Below, one piece after another: positions 39,301 to 53,490 of a DNA stretch of 64,000 bases. Under the pieces are notes generated by a model. It was not told where the DNA came from. It saw only the letters and a program-made list of their open reading frames with translations, and searched no databases. Position numbers and translations under genes: made by a program. Numbering within the stretch: the first letter of the stretch is position 1; every line of letters begins with the position of its first letter. This DNA is from Epiperipatus broadwayi (Eukaryota; Animalia; Onychophora): NCBI GenBank assembly GCA_028023455.1, contig JAQFVV010000003.1, forward strand, positions 22,692,001 through 22,756,000, given 5' to 3'.

Positions 39301-39545
39301 TATATAAAGCTCACAAATAAGCTTTTAACAAGCTTTGCAAAATGTCTCCAATCCCAAACTGGTTTCTGCTACTGGCTTCCTCAGTGAGGTGCTAGGATAT
39401 TAAAGCATTAGATTAAATATCCTAGATTGAATATCCTAGCATCTCACTGAGGAAGCCAGTAGCAGAAACTGGTCTGGGGTTGAGGATATTCTACAAAGCT
39501 TGTTAAGAGCTTATTTGCGAGCTCTATATGCGAGCTCTATATATA
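39301..39545. mobile_element. Young palindromic MITE-like element (~100-bp arms, 28-nt loop)
   Basis: Arms 39301-39401 and 39430-39529. The inner 40 bp GTTTCTGCTACTGGCTTCCTCAGTGAG(G/A)TGCTAGGATATT pair with one G:T. GCGAGCTCTATAT is duplicated at the right end. Confidence 0.85.
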
Positions 39546-40544
39546 ACATTTGTAATATAAGCTTGTTAAATTAGGTCATGTGACACACGACTTAATTTCT
39601 TTGTAATTATATATATATTAGTTTGTATGTGTGCTTATTTCCCAAACAATTATTATTTTATCAACAGATATAAATTAGAATTCCAAAATTACATATTAGA
39701 AAATGGGTTTTGATCTAGTGACTATAGTTAGCTTGCAGCAATCATCATTCAGTAATAGTCCATTTCTTTAATAGTTTCCAATGGATTACACAATTATATC
39801 ACCTTACAATTATTTTACATAAAAAGTTTATTCTAAAAAATGTCATCTTTCAATTTCCCAAAAGGAATGATTCCATATTATTGTAAACCTTTCAACCCTT
39901 TATTTTTATCATTATTATAATCCAAGTTTCTAAAAAAAAACTATGAAAACTTTATACATAGAAAAAATATTAAATAAATAATTTTTTAAAAAAGGTGGTG
40001 TGTGTGTTGAAAAAAAAAAATAATAGCCAATTTTGTTTCATTAAGACTAATAGACAATTGATTAAACCTTTAACAAAAATTATTTGCAGTCTATAGGAAT
40101 CTTCAAGATAATTCAAAGATATATCAATCTATTTTAGCTATAGTGAAAGCAGTCCTCTGGTCGAAACATTAAACAGCATATGCAAATAACTGACTTATTT
40201 TTCTTACTATATATATATATATAAAAGTAAAAGACAAACAGCCAGTTCGCGGCAAAGACTTCTCCAACAATCTTATTTATGAATAGTGAAGAAGAAATTC
40301 TAAACCAAAAATAACTCGATACTTATTTATCGAATAATGATAAATAGTTAGAACAGCTATGAACCAGCTACCAAAAAAAATTAAATATCATTAGAACAAG
40401 AAAAAATTTTCAAGTTTTAATTAGCCCTGAATCAATCCTAAATTGGGAATGAGTCAAGTAGATGTGCTGTCACTATATTATAAACCACTTTACATATATA
40501 AATTACAAATAGTAATCATTATCATCATTTTAAATTATTTTAAT

Positions 40545-41100
40545 TCAATTTCAAAACAAAGACTTCTCCAAGTTTTTCTTATCCATAGCATCTCTTCATC
40601 ACAAATCTTCTTTCATCCATTCAACTTATACGTGATCTTTTGTGATCCAGTTTAAAACTTCAACTATTCACCTACTATTATCTATTCTAGAAATATATCC
40701 AGTCCAATTCTATTTCAGTCTCTTAATTCCATCATCGATGTCATTTGTTCACTCTCCATTTTTCATTGAGAATATGTAAGAATTAGTAAAACATCTCTAT
40801 TAAAAATCTTTTTCAAACACGAGGCATATTTTTTATTACTATTATTTCCATTAAAATGTACTCCATGCAAGTTTTAATTTTATACTTAATTTTATCCATA
40901 ATGTTTAGATGTGTGCAAATGATCTGACTAAGTCTTTTAAATTGTTAACTTTTAATTTATGATTATCAATCTTTATTTTATTCATTTCATCTGATAACTC
41001 TTGCAAAATTTTCTGAAGGTCTGAAGCTTTATTTGAAAAACGACCACTTTATCTGCAAAAAACGTAGATAATTTAATAAGCTCAATTCATTTTTATTCTC
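40545..41100 (-). mobile_element. RTE LINE, 3' part of reverse transcriptase
   Basis: Minus motifs in order: FSNKASDLQKILQELSDE, KIKLAWSTF (~40853-40881), KKIFNRDVLLILTY, IKRLK*NWTGYISR..R*IVEVLNW, EKLGEVFV. Confidence 0.8.
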
Positions 41101-42719
41101 TTAATTTTTCACTTTAATTTACAAAATACTTATAAAAGTCATAAAAAGTTTCGGAAATATGCACACATATATAAAAATATTTCTGAATTGATGACCATAT
41201 ATATAATAACTCATTTATATGTTTATCTGTGGGGAAAAAAATCTTAAGAGAGATATAAAAACTGCATAATAATCAATCATTGATAGAGATCAAGTGTTTT
41301 TTAATTTCTTGATAAAAGACTAAGTTTAAAATTTCCTTCTAACATATATATATATATATTAATAATAGTTTAATATTTTAGATGAAAAGCACTTCCCAAT
41401 AATTTTTAAAAACTATATTAATTCAAATTTTTTTTCCCAATTATTCAAGATATTCTCTTTTATATTGAAAAAAATTATAATATTAAAATTTTAAATGACA
41501 TTGAATGTCTTTCATTTTTCAATCAGTTATTAAAATAGATTATAAAATGAGTTCAAAATATAACTATGCATGATATTTTGGGGGATTAAACAACAAAAGG
41601 ATGATTAGGATTTTAAAAGAACTATTTAATATAAACAGTTTAAACTTAGCAAGAGTCCTAATACTAAATAGAATTCATTAACAAATAACATATTTCCTGT
41701 AAGTGTAACTTAATAATAAGGAGATGATGGTAATGATCAAACCATTTATTCCAATTAAACCATTTATTCCAATTCTATAAAATTCATATGAAAAATTCTA
41801 AAAGAATATTTCCTAATCATCATCAATTTACAAACATGGTCAAATTAAGAGTCACATCATATAATAGCAGCATTTATAAACAGAATATATTAAATAAATT
41901 CCTGAAGCACCATTTCAATTTATAAAAAATTGCTTATGATGAAGTAATACTCACATGCAATAATATCCTAATTCCTACCCTGTTACTTTAAAGACATATT
42001 CCCCAACCTTTAGCATAAGTATGCCCCAAAAATGAACAAAATATTTAAATATGCAATAGAAATGACCATAAGACTTAAATAAGAATGTTCACAGACTCTA
42101 AATTTAGTTTTAAGTAACAAAAACAATTTATTAAAATGATTTAATTAATTAAAAAATATCCATGATTATATGCACACAGATATAATGAAATTATAACCTG
42201 TGAATAGATGTATTAGAAAAATATTATATTAGCATATTCTACTTTTATAAAAGGAAAAGAAAAAAAGATTTATAAGGAGCTACAATATTTTGCCTTCATT
42301 AACCTATTTAACATGTTATATATTAATGACACTTCCAATTCTTTAACATAATTATCATATATATGTGAACGTGTGAATCTCATCATAACTTAAATCAGCT
42401 TCATACTTGCAAACACAACTTTTTAATCACAATGAAAAAACAATTTAAGTGTATGTCCCAATAAATCAAATCAAGATATAAAATAATTTACTAAGCAATA
42501 AGATTAAAATAAATAAATATTTTTTTTTTTATAAATATAATAAGAAAACAATAAATTTAGGCTTAAAAACATTCACAATTTATATATTTTTTTTAAAAAA
42601 ATTGTGTGGATTTAATAATTATTAAGCTTATTATCCAAATACTTTTCTCAACTACATCAATCAGTTGTCTTTATAGATCAGTAGAATTTGGAATTAATCT
42701 TCAACTGCCTCTTTGAATT

Positions 42720-43100
42720 CCTTTGAGTTACCTACTTATTCTCTTCAACAACATAAGGCAACTTTTGAGCAAGAGGAAAAGACTTCTATCAGAACATCAG
42801 AATATGCAAAAAGGCCAGTTGTCACATTACCACTGTCTTCTAGCTATAAACTATGAGGCATGGCATGGAAACATTTGACTAGTAATGAATTACATTTTGG
42901 AAGTATGGATAGTATACTACTAGCTGCAATTGGCATATGTTGTTGAAAGTCCTCTCCATAGAAGTATTCTATCACAGCCAGAATAATATCAGCACTAAAA
43001 ACGTACTTCCTATTCATGATTTCTTTATACTGATAGTTATCATGGTATTGCAGTGACTTGGCATACATATAACTAGTTCTCTTCTCTAATTCCAGCTAGT
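42720..43100 (+). mobile_element. Possible decayed LINE (L2/Crack-like) RT C-terminal fragment
   Basis: GC-richer block with frameshifted NYILEVW and ARIISAL pieces. Assignment tentative. Confidence 0.3.
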
Positions 43101-44455
43101 TTAATGCATTCTCTATGAAAATGAATAGGTGAACAAATAAATAAATGTGATTTTGTTTCTGTATGAATTACATCTATCTTAACTTCTTTACATAATCTTC
43201 CCGATCCTGATAAAACCGTTTTCCCAGCTATTTTGTTTAGTGATAATTATTAGTTATTTTCCAGTTTTTAAGAATACATTTATAAACAAATTAATCAAAT
43301 ACTGTTTAATTATAAGATCTTCATTAAGTATAATTATATATATACTTAACTAGCATGTATATTTCATTTTTATTTAAATTTCAAAATATATTTTATAATC
43401 TTTTAGAAAACACACAAGCTGTGATATTTTGAAATTTATTAATATGTTTTTCAATTCTCTATCTAGTCTATCCAAGAAATATAAAAATTTTAAATGTAAT
43501 GGTTAAAAAATTAAAAAGATGGATAAATCCATGCAGGATCCTTTAGAATCTTAAAAACAATGTCTATATATTAAATCTTATATGCTTTTATCTAAAACAA
43601 AACCCATAATTATTAATTTATGAAATTTTAGCTTTACAAATATTTTATTTATATTTAGTTTTTTTTTTTAATTAATTAATATACACTTTTTTTAATTACT
43701 TTAAACTCCATTGAGCTCTTTGTGATTTTGAATGAGTCTATCACTAGATAAATTTATATTGTCTCAATATATATAAGTAGTTTCCTAATGACATTGTTAC
43801 TGTATATTTTTTTCTAGTTATTTCACAAGTTTTCTATTTATTTTTAGGTTTACATCTTAAACAATCCAAGAAAAAATTTAACATATATATATTAAACAAG
43901 CAGAAAATAATATCCCTGCCTTACATCTTTTCCTATTTACATTTATCTATTACATAGGAAGACCATTGGATCTCAAAAAAATTATTTAATAAATATCCTT
44001 TTAATACATTTTTTTTTAAACAAATATTTCAAAAAGTAACCAAATATCTTTTCAAGATCAATAAAATAAATACAAAAACGGTTTATTTCTCAGAGTTCAC
44101 AAGAACTTTGAGCATTAGAAGTGACAAAACTGGCCATAATCCATGAATACGTTGAGCAGCAGGGTCTGGTAGTTTACCACTACACCAAACCTAGCAGAGT
44201 TAAAAAATAAAACCTTGTCTTTCTCTTTATATTTCTCAATAATAATTCATATTTCACCAATTGTGGGCTTCACCATTCCTAAATTCAAAGTGTATTCTGA
44301 TAAACATATATTTAATCTATTACATTAAACAAATTCTATAATCTCATATTTAATCCCTCCCAATGAAATCATAAGTTTGGTATTATTTTTAAAAAATTTA
44401 AGGGACATTTTTTGTTTGCTTCCATTAGAAATGAATCATTCTGTAAATCAAGCGC

Positions 44456-44536
44456 ACTCTCTCTTTCTCTCTCTCTCTTTCTCTTTTTTTCTCTCTCTCT
44501 TTTTCTCTCTCTTTCTCTCTCTCTCTTTCTTTCTTT
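44456..44536. repeat. Imperfect (CT)n/(CTTT)n polypyrimidine microsatellite
   Basis: About 80 bp of almost only C and T. It generates the spurious ORFs at 44377-44705. Confidence 0.95.
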
Positions 44537-44789
44537 TGTTAGCATTTATTCCAAAATGATATGCTTTTTCCTTTATATAAATATCAATATAAATGAAGTT
44601 GATATTATTTACGATTATAGATTTAAAGACGAATATGTGAAAAAAATACTCAAATATAAGCACAATAAAAATGAATTTAAAAATTATCCAAAAACTTCAA
44701 AATAACAAAAATAACTATACTGAATAGAATAAAATGAATGAATTTGAATCCAAGTTGGTACTACAATAAGGATTAAATAATTTATAAGG

Positions 44790-45420
44790 AGGTGGCTGGA
44801 CAAAAAGCAAAAAAAGGGAAATAGGATCCTCAGAAAAGACCTAATTTGAGATGTTATATTGAAAGCAAAAACAAAAAGCAGCACTTGCAATACAGCTTTA
44901 AAGAATAGATGCATTAATAAAGAATGGGAAGTTGGAGAGATAGAGAACTAATATGGAGAGTAAAAAAGAGTTTAAATATATATAGAAGTAAACGGAATAT
45001 TGGGTGCGAGTTAATTTATGATAATAGCAAGAAAAGTAGTTTACTGTTTAAGGCTCGATTGGATCTTTAGCAACAAAGGAATATACACATAAATGGGAAA
45101 ATGTGGGTGATTTAATCTGCAAGTTGTGTAAGGAAGGCATAGAAAATATCAAGCATCTGTTAATTGAATGTAAATGCCTGAAAGCAAAAAGGGGTACAAA
45201 TAATGAAGTTGTGGAAGAATAAATATAAACAAATGATGTACAGAAAGTGAGTTATTAGTTTTTATGCTGGGTTTGGAAAAAAATAAGGGAATTTAGATAT
45301 AAAGGCTGTGGATTTGACAAAGATTATGTTACGGAAATGGGATGAAGAAGGATAGAGGAGAATATGGAAAAACTTAAGGCAGGGAATGGAAAGGGAAGGC
45401 AAAGTGGCTAACAGGTTTCT
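44790..45420 (+). mobile_element. Non-LTR retrotransposon 3' fragment with C-terminal CCHC zinc knuckle
   Basis: Reading KSLNIYRSKRNIGCELIYDNSKKSSLLFKARL, then after a frameshift CKLCKEGIENIKHLLIEC (45118-45171), i.e. C-x2-C-x8-H-x4-C. Confidence 0.75.
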
Positions 45421-46787
45421 TTGGACATAGTGGTGAGAGATTTCCTACACTATATAAGAAGTAACATCACATCAAAGAATAGATGTTCCCATGCAATAGG
45501 TTGATAAAGGCTAATAATAATTTTTTAAAAAAGAAAAATGACAGAATCCAATATTCAAGATAGAATACAAACTGGAAAATAAAATTAGATTTATATAAGA
45601 TTTCCAGATGTAATAATTCATTCTAAAAAACAAAGTCGAATTCATTTTCAAGCACTGATATTTTTTGACATTTATGGATGTAAAAACTGGACAAAGAAAA
45701 TAAAACATAAAAGCATTAAAATATGAAAAGTATTGTGCTCATAATAATAATAGATTTATTTTTAATCTGTCTAAAATTCCCTCTTATTCATAAATACTTT
45801 ATACATAATTAGATAAAAGATGTTTTATCATTAACCTACCATGAGACAATTCTCTTCGTTGTTTTAATGCTGAAAAGAAAATTCATCTCAAGAGTAGATA
45901 ACCAGCATCAAGCTGGATAGACTAATCGTTTTCTAATGAAAAAGTTGAAAAACCCTAATAGAAGATATACTTGAAATTTTACAATTAACATTGAATTTAA
46001 TCTGACAGAGATGTAATAAATAAAAAAATTCCAAGCAAATATAATTTTATTATAATTAGTTTTTAAATTATTATTTTTCAACTTTCATGAAAAATTGATA
46101 ATTTATAAATTCTATGCAATTAAATTTTTTATTCTACTCTTTTAATATTTGCATAAAAGCTTATATTAAAAAAAGAAGTTAATATATATGCAAATTAGCA
46201 ATAATTTTAATATTATACTAATCTACCATTATCATTATAAAAATATTCATAATATATGAAGAGAACAAAACAAACGGCACGTTCATATTCATAATTTCAC
46301 TTTTCAGTCCGACAATCGTAAGCAATCCTTAAGTTTTAATTAAAAACTGGAATTACAATCTTTCTTGATCTCCCCCATCTCCAACAGAAAAGAAAAAAAA
46401 CAGTTGAAAACTAATGAAATGGAGCTAGTATAAATCATTATATACTCTATGCGATTAATTTAACTGAGTAATTAGCTGCAGGTAGAATAGGAAACTATAT
46501 TAGAAACAGCAAATATTTGTCTTTGGAGAAGGCACTCGAAAGAATTTAAAATAAATATAAAAAAAACAAGAGCTTAAATAATAATGAAAAGATTTACTTA
46601 AAACAAAAATTAAATCCAGTTATATAATTATAATAAAGATCCATAGTATATAACTAATTTATATATATAAAGGGCATTGTAACATAGTGGCTCATCACAG
46701 CCAAGCAGGCATAGGATTTTTCTTTCAAATAGTTAATTATAATCCCAGTTAATAATCTAAAATTGTTTGTTAAATGACTATTTAGTT

Positions 46788-46901
46788 GTTGTTTTTTTTT
46801 TTTTTTAAGTGTCATAACATTGGCCGGGACGCGAACCCGCAACCCAGGCAACTGCCTGCAAGTGCAAGGCAGTCGCGCTGACCTCTCGACCATCAATGCA
46901 A
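46788..46901 (-). mobile_element. Short tRNA-Gly-derived SINE/retropseudogene with poly(A) and 12-bp TSD
   Basis: Minus GCATTGATGGTCGAGAGG..GGGTTCGCGTCCCGGCCAATG (46899-46817) matches the 5' and 3' ends of tRNA-Gly (GCATTGGTGG..GGGTTCGATTCCCGGCCAATGCA) with A and B boxes. A short tail and A-run (~46792-46808) follow. TSD GACTATTTAGTT at 46776-46787 and 46902-46913. Confidence 0.85.
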
Positions 46902-47989
46902 GACTATTTAGTTATTTTTAGTTATAAATAATATATATTAAGACTACGCGCCTAAAATGCAATGAACCTCTACACAAACATTGGAATCCTTACTATTAGA
47001 CAGTATAAGCCTGGTAAATAGCTTCTCTGCAGATGGATGTTTAAAGATTGTTTTATCTATATATATTTATTAATAAAATATTCAATGCATACCTTTAGCT
47101 GAAAATTAAATCGAAAATATTCAAGTCACTCTCCCAAATGTTATATTAATAAATGTTTAATTGAGATTTAAAGTGTATATCTGAGTTAAAGATATCTTTA
47201 GTTTAATAAAAGATTAGCAATACTCATTAATGTATTTATCAGAAGTGTTGCTGTCAAAATTGTGAATACAAAAAGTTTGATATTTTGTAAAACAAAATGC
47301 AATAATATATATACACACATTCTATTTATACTATCACAAAAGGTAAATAACAGTCAAGCTAATCGAGTTCTTCAAAAATAAATAAGATAGCTATAGTCAT
47401 GAGTGATAGACTGTACATAAAGTTTAATATACTAATCGAGTGAAATACTTGAAAAGTAAAGAAAATCAGTTTGATAAACTAAATGTATTGCATTCAACCT
47501 GTCAATTGATTGCTCAAATGGCACATGACCTTTCAAGCAATTAATTATGATTTCTTGCATTTTAAAGAACATTTTTCTTCAAAATCAAATATCTATGACA
47601 AGCAATTATATTCATATATATATATACATACACTGATGTAGTATGTTATATGTAGGTATTTTAAGCAATCTGCTTCAAGGAAGATCCAATAACTAATAGA
47701 GTACTGTTTGCTTGTATCTCAAAATACAACAAAAATTAACAAATAAATATGCAAATCAAAAAAATTTTCCTGCCAAGCACACAAAAAAAAATATATTTCA
47801 TTTTTCAGTTACTCAGATAAAAGGCTTTCCCTAAATATACTTTTGAAAAACTGAAGAAAAAACAAACAAGTTTTTCTACTGTGTACCTAAAGATTTTACT
47901 ATTTATATGAATAAATTGTTACTATGGATATGCCATCAAGATATCCAGACTAGTTTCTGACTATTTATTAGTCTTCTTCAATGAGAAGT

Positions 47990-48340
47990 ATCGCATTGTA
48001 CATATTCATTCATTAACTATCATTGTTCTCTACTTCCATTCAATTCCTTAGCTAACAAAATTCTGCATCTCTTCCATCAGACTAATTCTGGATAAATAAT
48101 ATGATCAGAAAGATATAACTATTTATTCCTTATAATCACCATCAACTGATCAAAATAAGTCATTTGTGCCATCCTTAAAATCATTCATGATTTACTGCAC
48201 AGTCATAACTTATCTAACTGGACCCTTACTAACGAAACTATTTCCTTATATTTATGAAGAAACAGCTCATTTCATACAAGACTTTTAGAATACCTGTCCA
48301 TATCAACAGCAATGAAATGGTTTATCCATGATAACTTGCA
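47990..48340 (-). mobile_element. Decayed RTE-like LINE 3' fragment
   Basis: Remnants YEMSC.. and IRNK*LYLSDHI (IRKRQL.F.GHI-like). Confidence 0.4.
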
Positions 48341-51300
48341 TGACCATATATATATATGTGTGTGTGCCAAATTATTCGACATAAGAGTATGAAGTTCTAA
48401 TTACATTCATATCATTCCTGATAATATGACTACTAATATACTACAATCTTCTGAATGATAATTAAACCCTAATTAGTATAAAATATAAAAGTATTGTTTA
48501 GGTATCTTTTTTCTTCAAGTTTTAGTCTCTAGCTAAAAAATTTTTTGATCTCAATAGCCATGCAATTTACCAAATCTTCCATCATTCAGAGACCATTTAT
48601 GAACTTTTTCAAAGTAACACTTTTAAAATTGATATGCAAAAATAGTAAATGTACAATAAAAAAAAAAAAGTCTTCTGTAGATACAGTCTTAAACTGCTAT
48701 CCAAATTATGAATGTATCATTGAGATATAGCTTTGAGACAGATTTTTTTTTACTAATTCTTTCTAGATTAATGATAAACAAATCAAGAATTATGCTTAGA
48801 GATTTATATCTTTGCTGATATAAGCACTTTCAGCTAAAACAACAGTCAACATCAAAAGCTCTATAATCACTTCTGAAGTCAATATAAGTATAATCTGGCA
48901 TACAAATATGATCTAATGAAAAGCTATAAATTTTCTTTGGCATTTAGATTGTCACAATTCTTTCAAAAAATATGAAATCATGATATCACATTCTCAAATT
49001 TTGACACATTGATTTAATAAGTAATATAAATGAAGTTGGAGGTATAGTATTTAATAAATGCATTAAGCAAAAAGAAATCACTACTGATGATGATACTTTA
49101 GATTAATTCACCTTTATCAACTTTTTTATATGATAAGCAAGTTTATTTAGTGCTGAAATCCTAGCCTATTACAACTTATATAAATTTGTACTTGTATTCT
49201 TACAATGCCTTAACTAAAACAAAAAAATCACTTCATTCTCCTAATTTATATTTCATATCTGCAATTAAAAACAGCATTCCTTCTCTATTGCTATATTCTA
49301 CAGTCATGAGCCTAGGTCCTGATTAATGATCTTCATTAGTTAAAACTACTGGATACATGCATCTGAAATGAAGTACTGCAATAAATTTGTCTCTAGTATA
49401 ATAGAGAAATTAGATTAACATGCACAATTTTATTACAACTAGTACATTAAATTGTTCTTACCATTTTGTTAAATACATATGAGAAATTTTCATGATAATG
49501 AATATACTATAATTAAATTCACATACAAAGCAACATGTGTCTAAAATGCATATACCATAAAAAAAATTCATGTACAACCTACTGCATAGCACACATTATT
49601 TCCTCAAAAATATTGCTATTCTTTCATATAAAATGAATTAACCACTCTACTAATAAAACTGTCAAATCCAGTATGCATTACACACATGTTCATTAATTTG
49701 TTTGTAGATTTAATCAAAAAATTAATATAGCACATTGCTCCATATAAATAACGTTTTTGAATGTAGAGTTATATTATTGTTTATGATTTGCTAAAATGAA
49801 TATAAAACAACTGAATGGCTTTATTCAGAATTTCGTTATAAAACCTAGCAAATGATAATAATTTTATTTTTTGCTTGAAGTTAGATGGAGTGATTAAGCA
49901 GCAGAGTACTTCACATTAATACTCTTAATCATCATCAGTGATAGTTTATCAATACATGTCTCCTTTTTGATACAATAATCAATAATGATAAAAAATGGCA
50001 GCCATGAGGATATATGCATGTAGATACATATTTATGCTGAAAAGATGGAAATGCATGTTAGTAAAAAGTTAATCATTTATTATAAAATATATTTGACAGA
50101 AATCAATAAAGATTTGATGTATGCTAATTTCTATAATTCAAAACCATACATAAACTTTAAATGAATAATTCACTGAAAATACAAGTAGTTTAGACATAGT
50201 GGCTGTTAGTAATAATTATATATTTTTATTTTATTTTTTGCAATTTGAAAAACAAAAGTTGTCAAGGGTATAATAAAAATAGATATTTCAAATATGCAAC
50301 ATGCTGGTATTTTTAAATATATATATACAATCGGTTAAATAAAAAAATAATAATTCTGACTTAATCAAATATATCATTAATGGTCATTTAAAAGAACAAG
50401 TTTTCTTAATATTTCTAAGTCACCTTCTCTAAACTATGTCAATCTTCACTTATTTTCTTAAAATCAATAATAAATATACATATATTATCAGTATTATTTC
50501 AAAATACTAAAATAAATAATTATGTGCTTCGAAACAAGATATGTTTTATATTAAATCCAAAAACAGTTTAAAAATCTATGCAATATGGTATAACAAATCT
50601 TGATTATCAACAATTTGCTACTCCTTCAACAGCATTTATTTAGTACTTTTTTTTTTTTTTTTTTAGAATTATACCATAAACTAAAGCTTCACTATTCAGT
50701 TAATAATGCACATTTAATACATGCAAATAAATAAGATTCTAAATTTACAAACATTTATGTCAAAAAATAAAAAAAGATTTTTATAAGTCCTGTGTAAAAC
50801 ATATAGAATAGCAAATTTACAAATGCTAGTACAATAATAACAATAACAACAACGACAGCAAATCTGAAGACACTTATATATGATAAGTGCAAAAAAATTT
50901 TTAAACATGGGAAATAAGGGGCAATATCTAGTGAATAGACAGTAACATAAGATTTAACAATTTGATAATATTGTAACTGAATTGTCTATGACTATATTCC
51001 AAATTGAAAGTGGTAATGTCAACTAAAGTCTTTAGGTAACCAAAATTTTGGGACATAAAATGGAATGATGATAATTTATATATATACAGTACATCAATAA
51101 TCATTCTATACTCATAAAGATTATTAACAGACAATACATAGAAGACAGAGTGTAAACATGTAATCATCCCAAACACAGATATTAAAAGGCAATACATATT
51201 GGTAACAAGCAACAAAAATGATATAGGCAAGAATTTAAAGAAATAATAAACATTTACTCCAACACAATCAAAAATATAAATAGGCAATATAACTTAACCA

Positions 51301-53049
51301 AAATAATTTAGAATCAATAAAAACTCAAATAATAATAATAAACAACATCAATAATAATAATGATACTAGGAGTACAAATGCAGTTACAATGAATTTTATA
51401 TTGATTTGTAAAACAAAACAAAAAATGTTCTTGTTTTATTATGACTAATTGTTATTGTTAATAATAATAAACACATACACATATATATATAGTACTTTAG
51501 TACATGTCAAAAATCTTTAAGCTGAGAAATATTCCTTTGATTATAAAGCTCACAATCATGAGTAGATTTGAATTTTAAATTAAATTACATCTTCATGTAG
51601 TCTGATTTAAAAATTTTTATTAACCCTATTCTATATAAAAAGCTTAAGAGAATTTATGATGTAATGGGCTCATTAACGTTTATGATACAACTTTAAACAT
51701 TAAAATGAGGGAATATATCATTAAGCCTGATCAGCAATGGCAAACTATTACTAATGACAATTAAATATTATGACTATGTTATAATATTACATTGTCTAAT
51801 TACTTAATATTCCCTCAGAAAGAGACTTTAATATACATATTAAATAACAAACAAAATTAAATTCTCAATCATCTAGGATGCATCATAACAAATACCATAA
51901 TGTTAATCATGACTTTGGTTGTTGATAATCCTGAACTCTCACATGATGGATAGTAATGAAAGTGACTAATCACAGTAACCAATGAATACATTACTTCTAA
52001 ATGAAATATTGCACTCTGAGCTTTTCATTGTAATATAAATTTTAATGTTATTCTGAGATCGAGTTGTACCAAAGATATCTGTTTCCTATAGTTGAACATT
52101 CAAATTATTGCTTTAATGTATAAAATAAGATTTAAAAAATTTGCATACATATTTTATTGTAAATATGGTTCAACTATTTTAAAAAGTCATCTCATGAAAA
52201 ATATATAAATTTATATATTATAGCAAATGAAAACATTCAAGTTTTATTACAGAAATTATTTGTGCTTTCAGACGTAGTTCTCTTCAGTCACTCCAGAGAG
52301 ATTTATTATAAGCATTAGTAATCAAAAGATACCAAATCGCATGTACTTATCCATATCATTCAACTAGTTTCTGAATGCCTTTTAAAGTTTGAGTTACTTA
52401 GATCTAAAAATACTCTCTACTACCAAGCATTAATATGAGTCAAAGATTATATGTAAAACAGTTTGTCATCTGTCTTTATTAATGTTTATTTAGTTTTACT
52501 TATCAGTTTGAATTATATTTGCAGAAATTTCTAAACATATAACAATAAGACATAATAGGTGCACAACTGTCTGACATGCTGATTATCTGGTATTCACTTT
52601 CATGTTTGGTAAAATATGAAAATTTTATGGATATAGCATAAGCATGTTTAAGATTTTTCTTTTAGATAGTTAGCCCATAACATCCAAGTGGCCATCCAAA
52701 ATTATTAGTAAATGAATATCTGGCTACAATTAGCTAGACAGTAATAGTCTCAGATTAATTTCAGTTGGTCAAATGAATATAAATGTGCTGACTGTAAAAA
52801 TAAAAAATACAAATGAGACCAAGATATAGTTAATAAGACATAGGACTCTTCTCAAGTATTTTGTACAATGATTGGAATAAATACTTTAATAACTCTATCA
52901 GATATATCCCCAAAAAAATAATTAAAAAAATTTGGTCAAGCACTGGCCTGTCTCCATGTGAATTATGGAAATAATATAAAAATTAAAAAAAATGTATAAA
53001 ATAAAATATTTTGTTAATAAAGATTTTACTTAAAATAAAAGTATTTCTA

Positions 53050-53490
53050 AATATTGCGATGATAGAATAAATCATTAAGGGAATGACAAACAATGGCAAA
53101 CTCCATTTGTGGAGAAGAGAAAGATATTATACTCCTACAAATTCTGAATCCATAACAATATCTTGAGAAATGAATCAGTAATACTTAAAGAGCTATATCA
53201 TAAGATAATGGTTATATTACATAATACATTACTAATTCAGAAAAAAATGGTGCAAACAGCTGTTTAATTATGGGTGGCTTCAAACATTGAAATGCTTGAT
53301 GGAAAATATTGATAAATTATCACTGACTATGATTGTTACGGTGGTGATTTATTTCATTTGATTCAGAAAAAGTAGGTAATCACAGTGCTTTTGAAAAACA
53401 AATGAATGAAAAGACTAGAAAGTATATTGGAAAAAAAAATTGCATGATACTACAGCATGAAACATCTATCAACTGATCATTGGAATTAAG
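53050..53490 (+). mobile_element. Decayed LINE AP-endonuclease fragment (RTE-like)
   Basis: YTPT (53128-53139, YAPT-like), IMGGF (~53268, IMGDF-like) and a TDH remnant (~53472) in the correct order. Confidence 0.5.

Noticed and set aside
40140-40170. TGAAAGCAGTCCTCTGGTCGAAAC as a Penelope-type minimal hammerhead ribozyme
   Set aside because: The CTGANGA core is mutated, stems I and III cannot be formed, and no Penelope coding sequence was seen nearby.
44377-44705. Three overlapping ORFs of 60-97 aa
   Set aside because: Artefacts of the stop-free CT microsatellite.
46817-46899. A functional tRNA gene (Gly, or Cys from the GCA triplet)
   Set aside because: The D-arm and anticodon arm are non-canonical, there are acceptor and T-stem mismatches, and poly(A) plus TSD indicate a retroposed copy.
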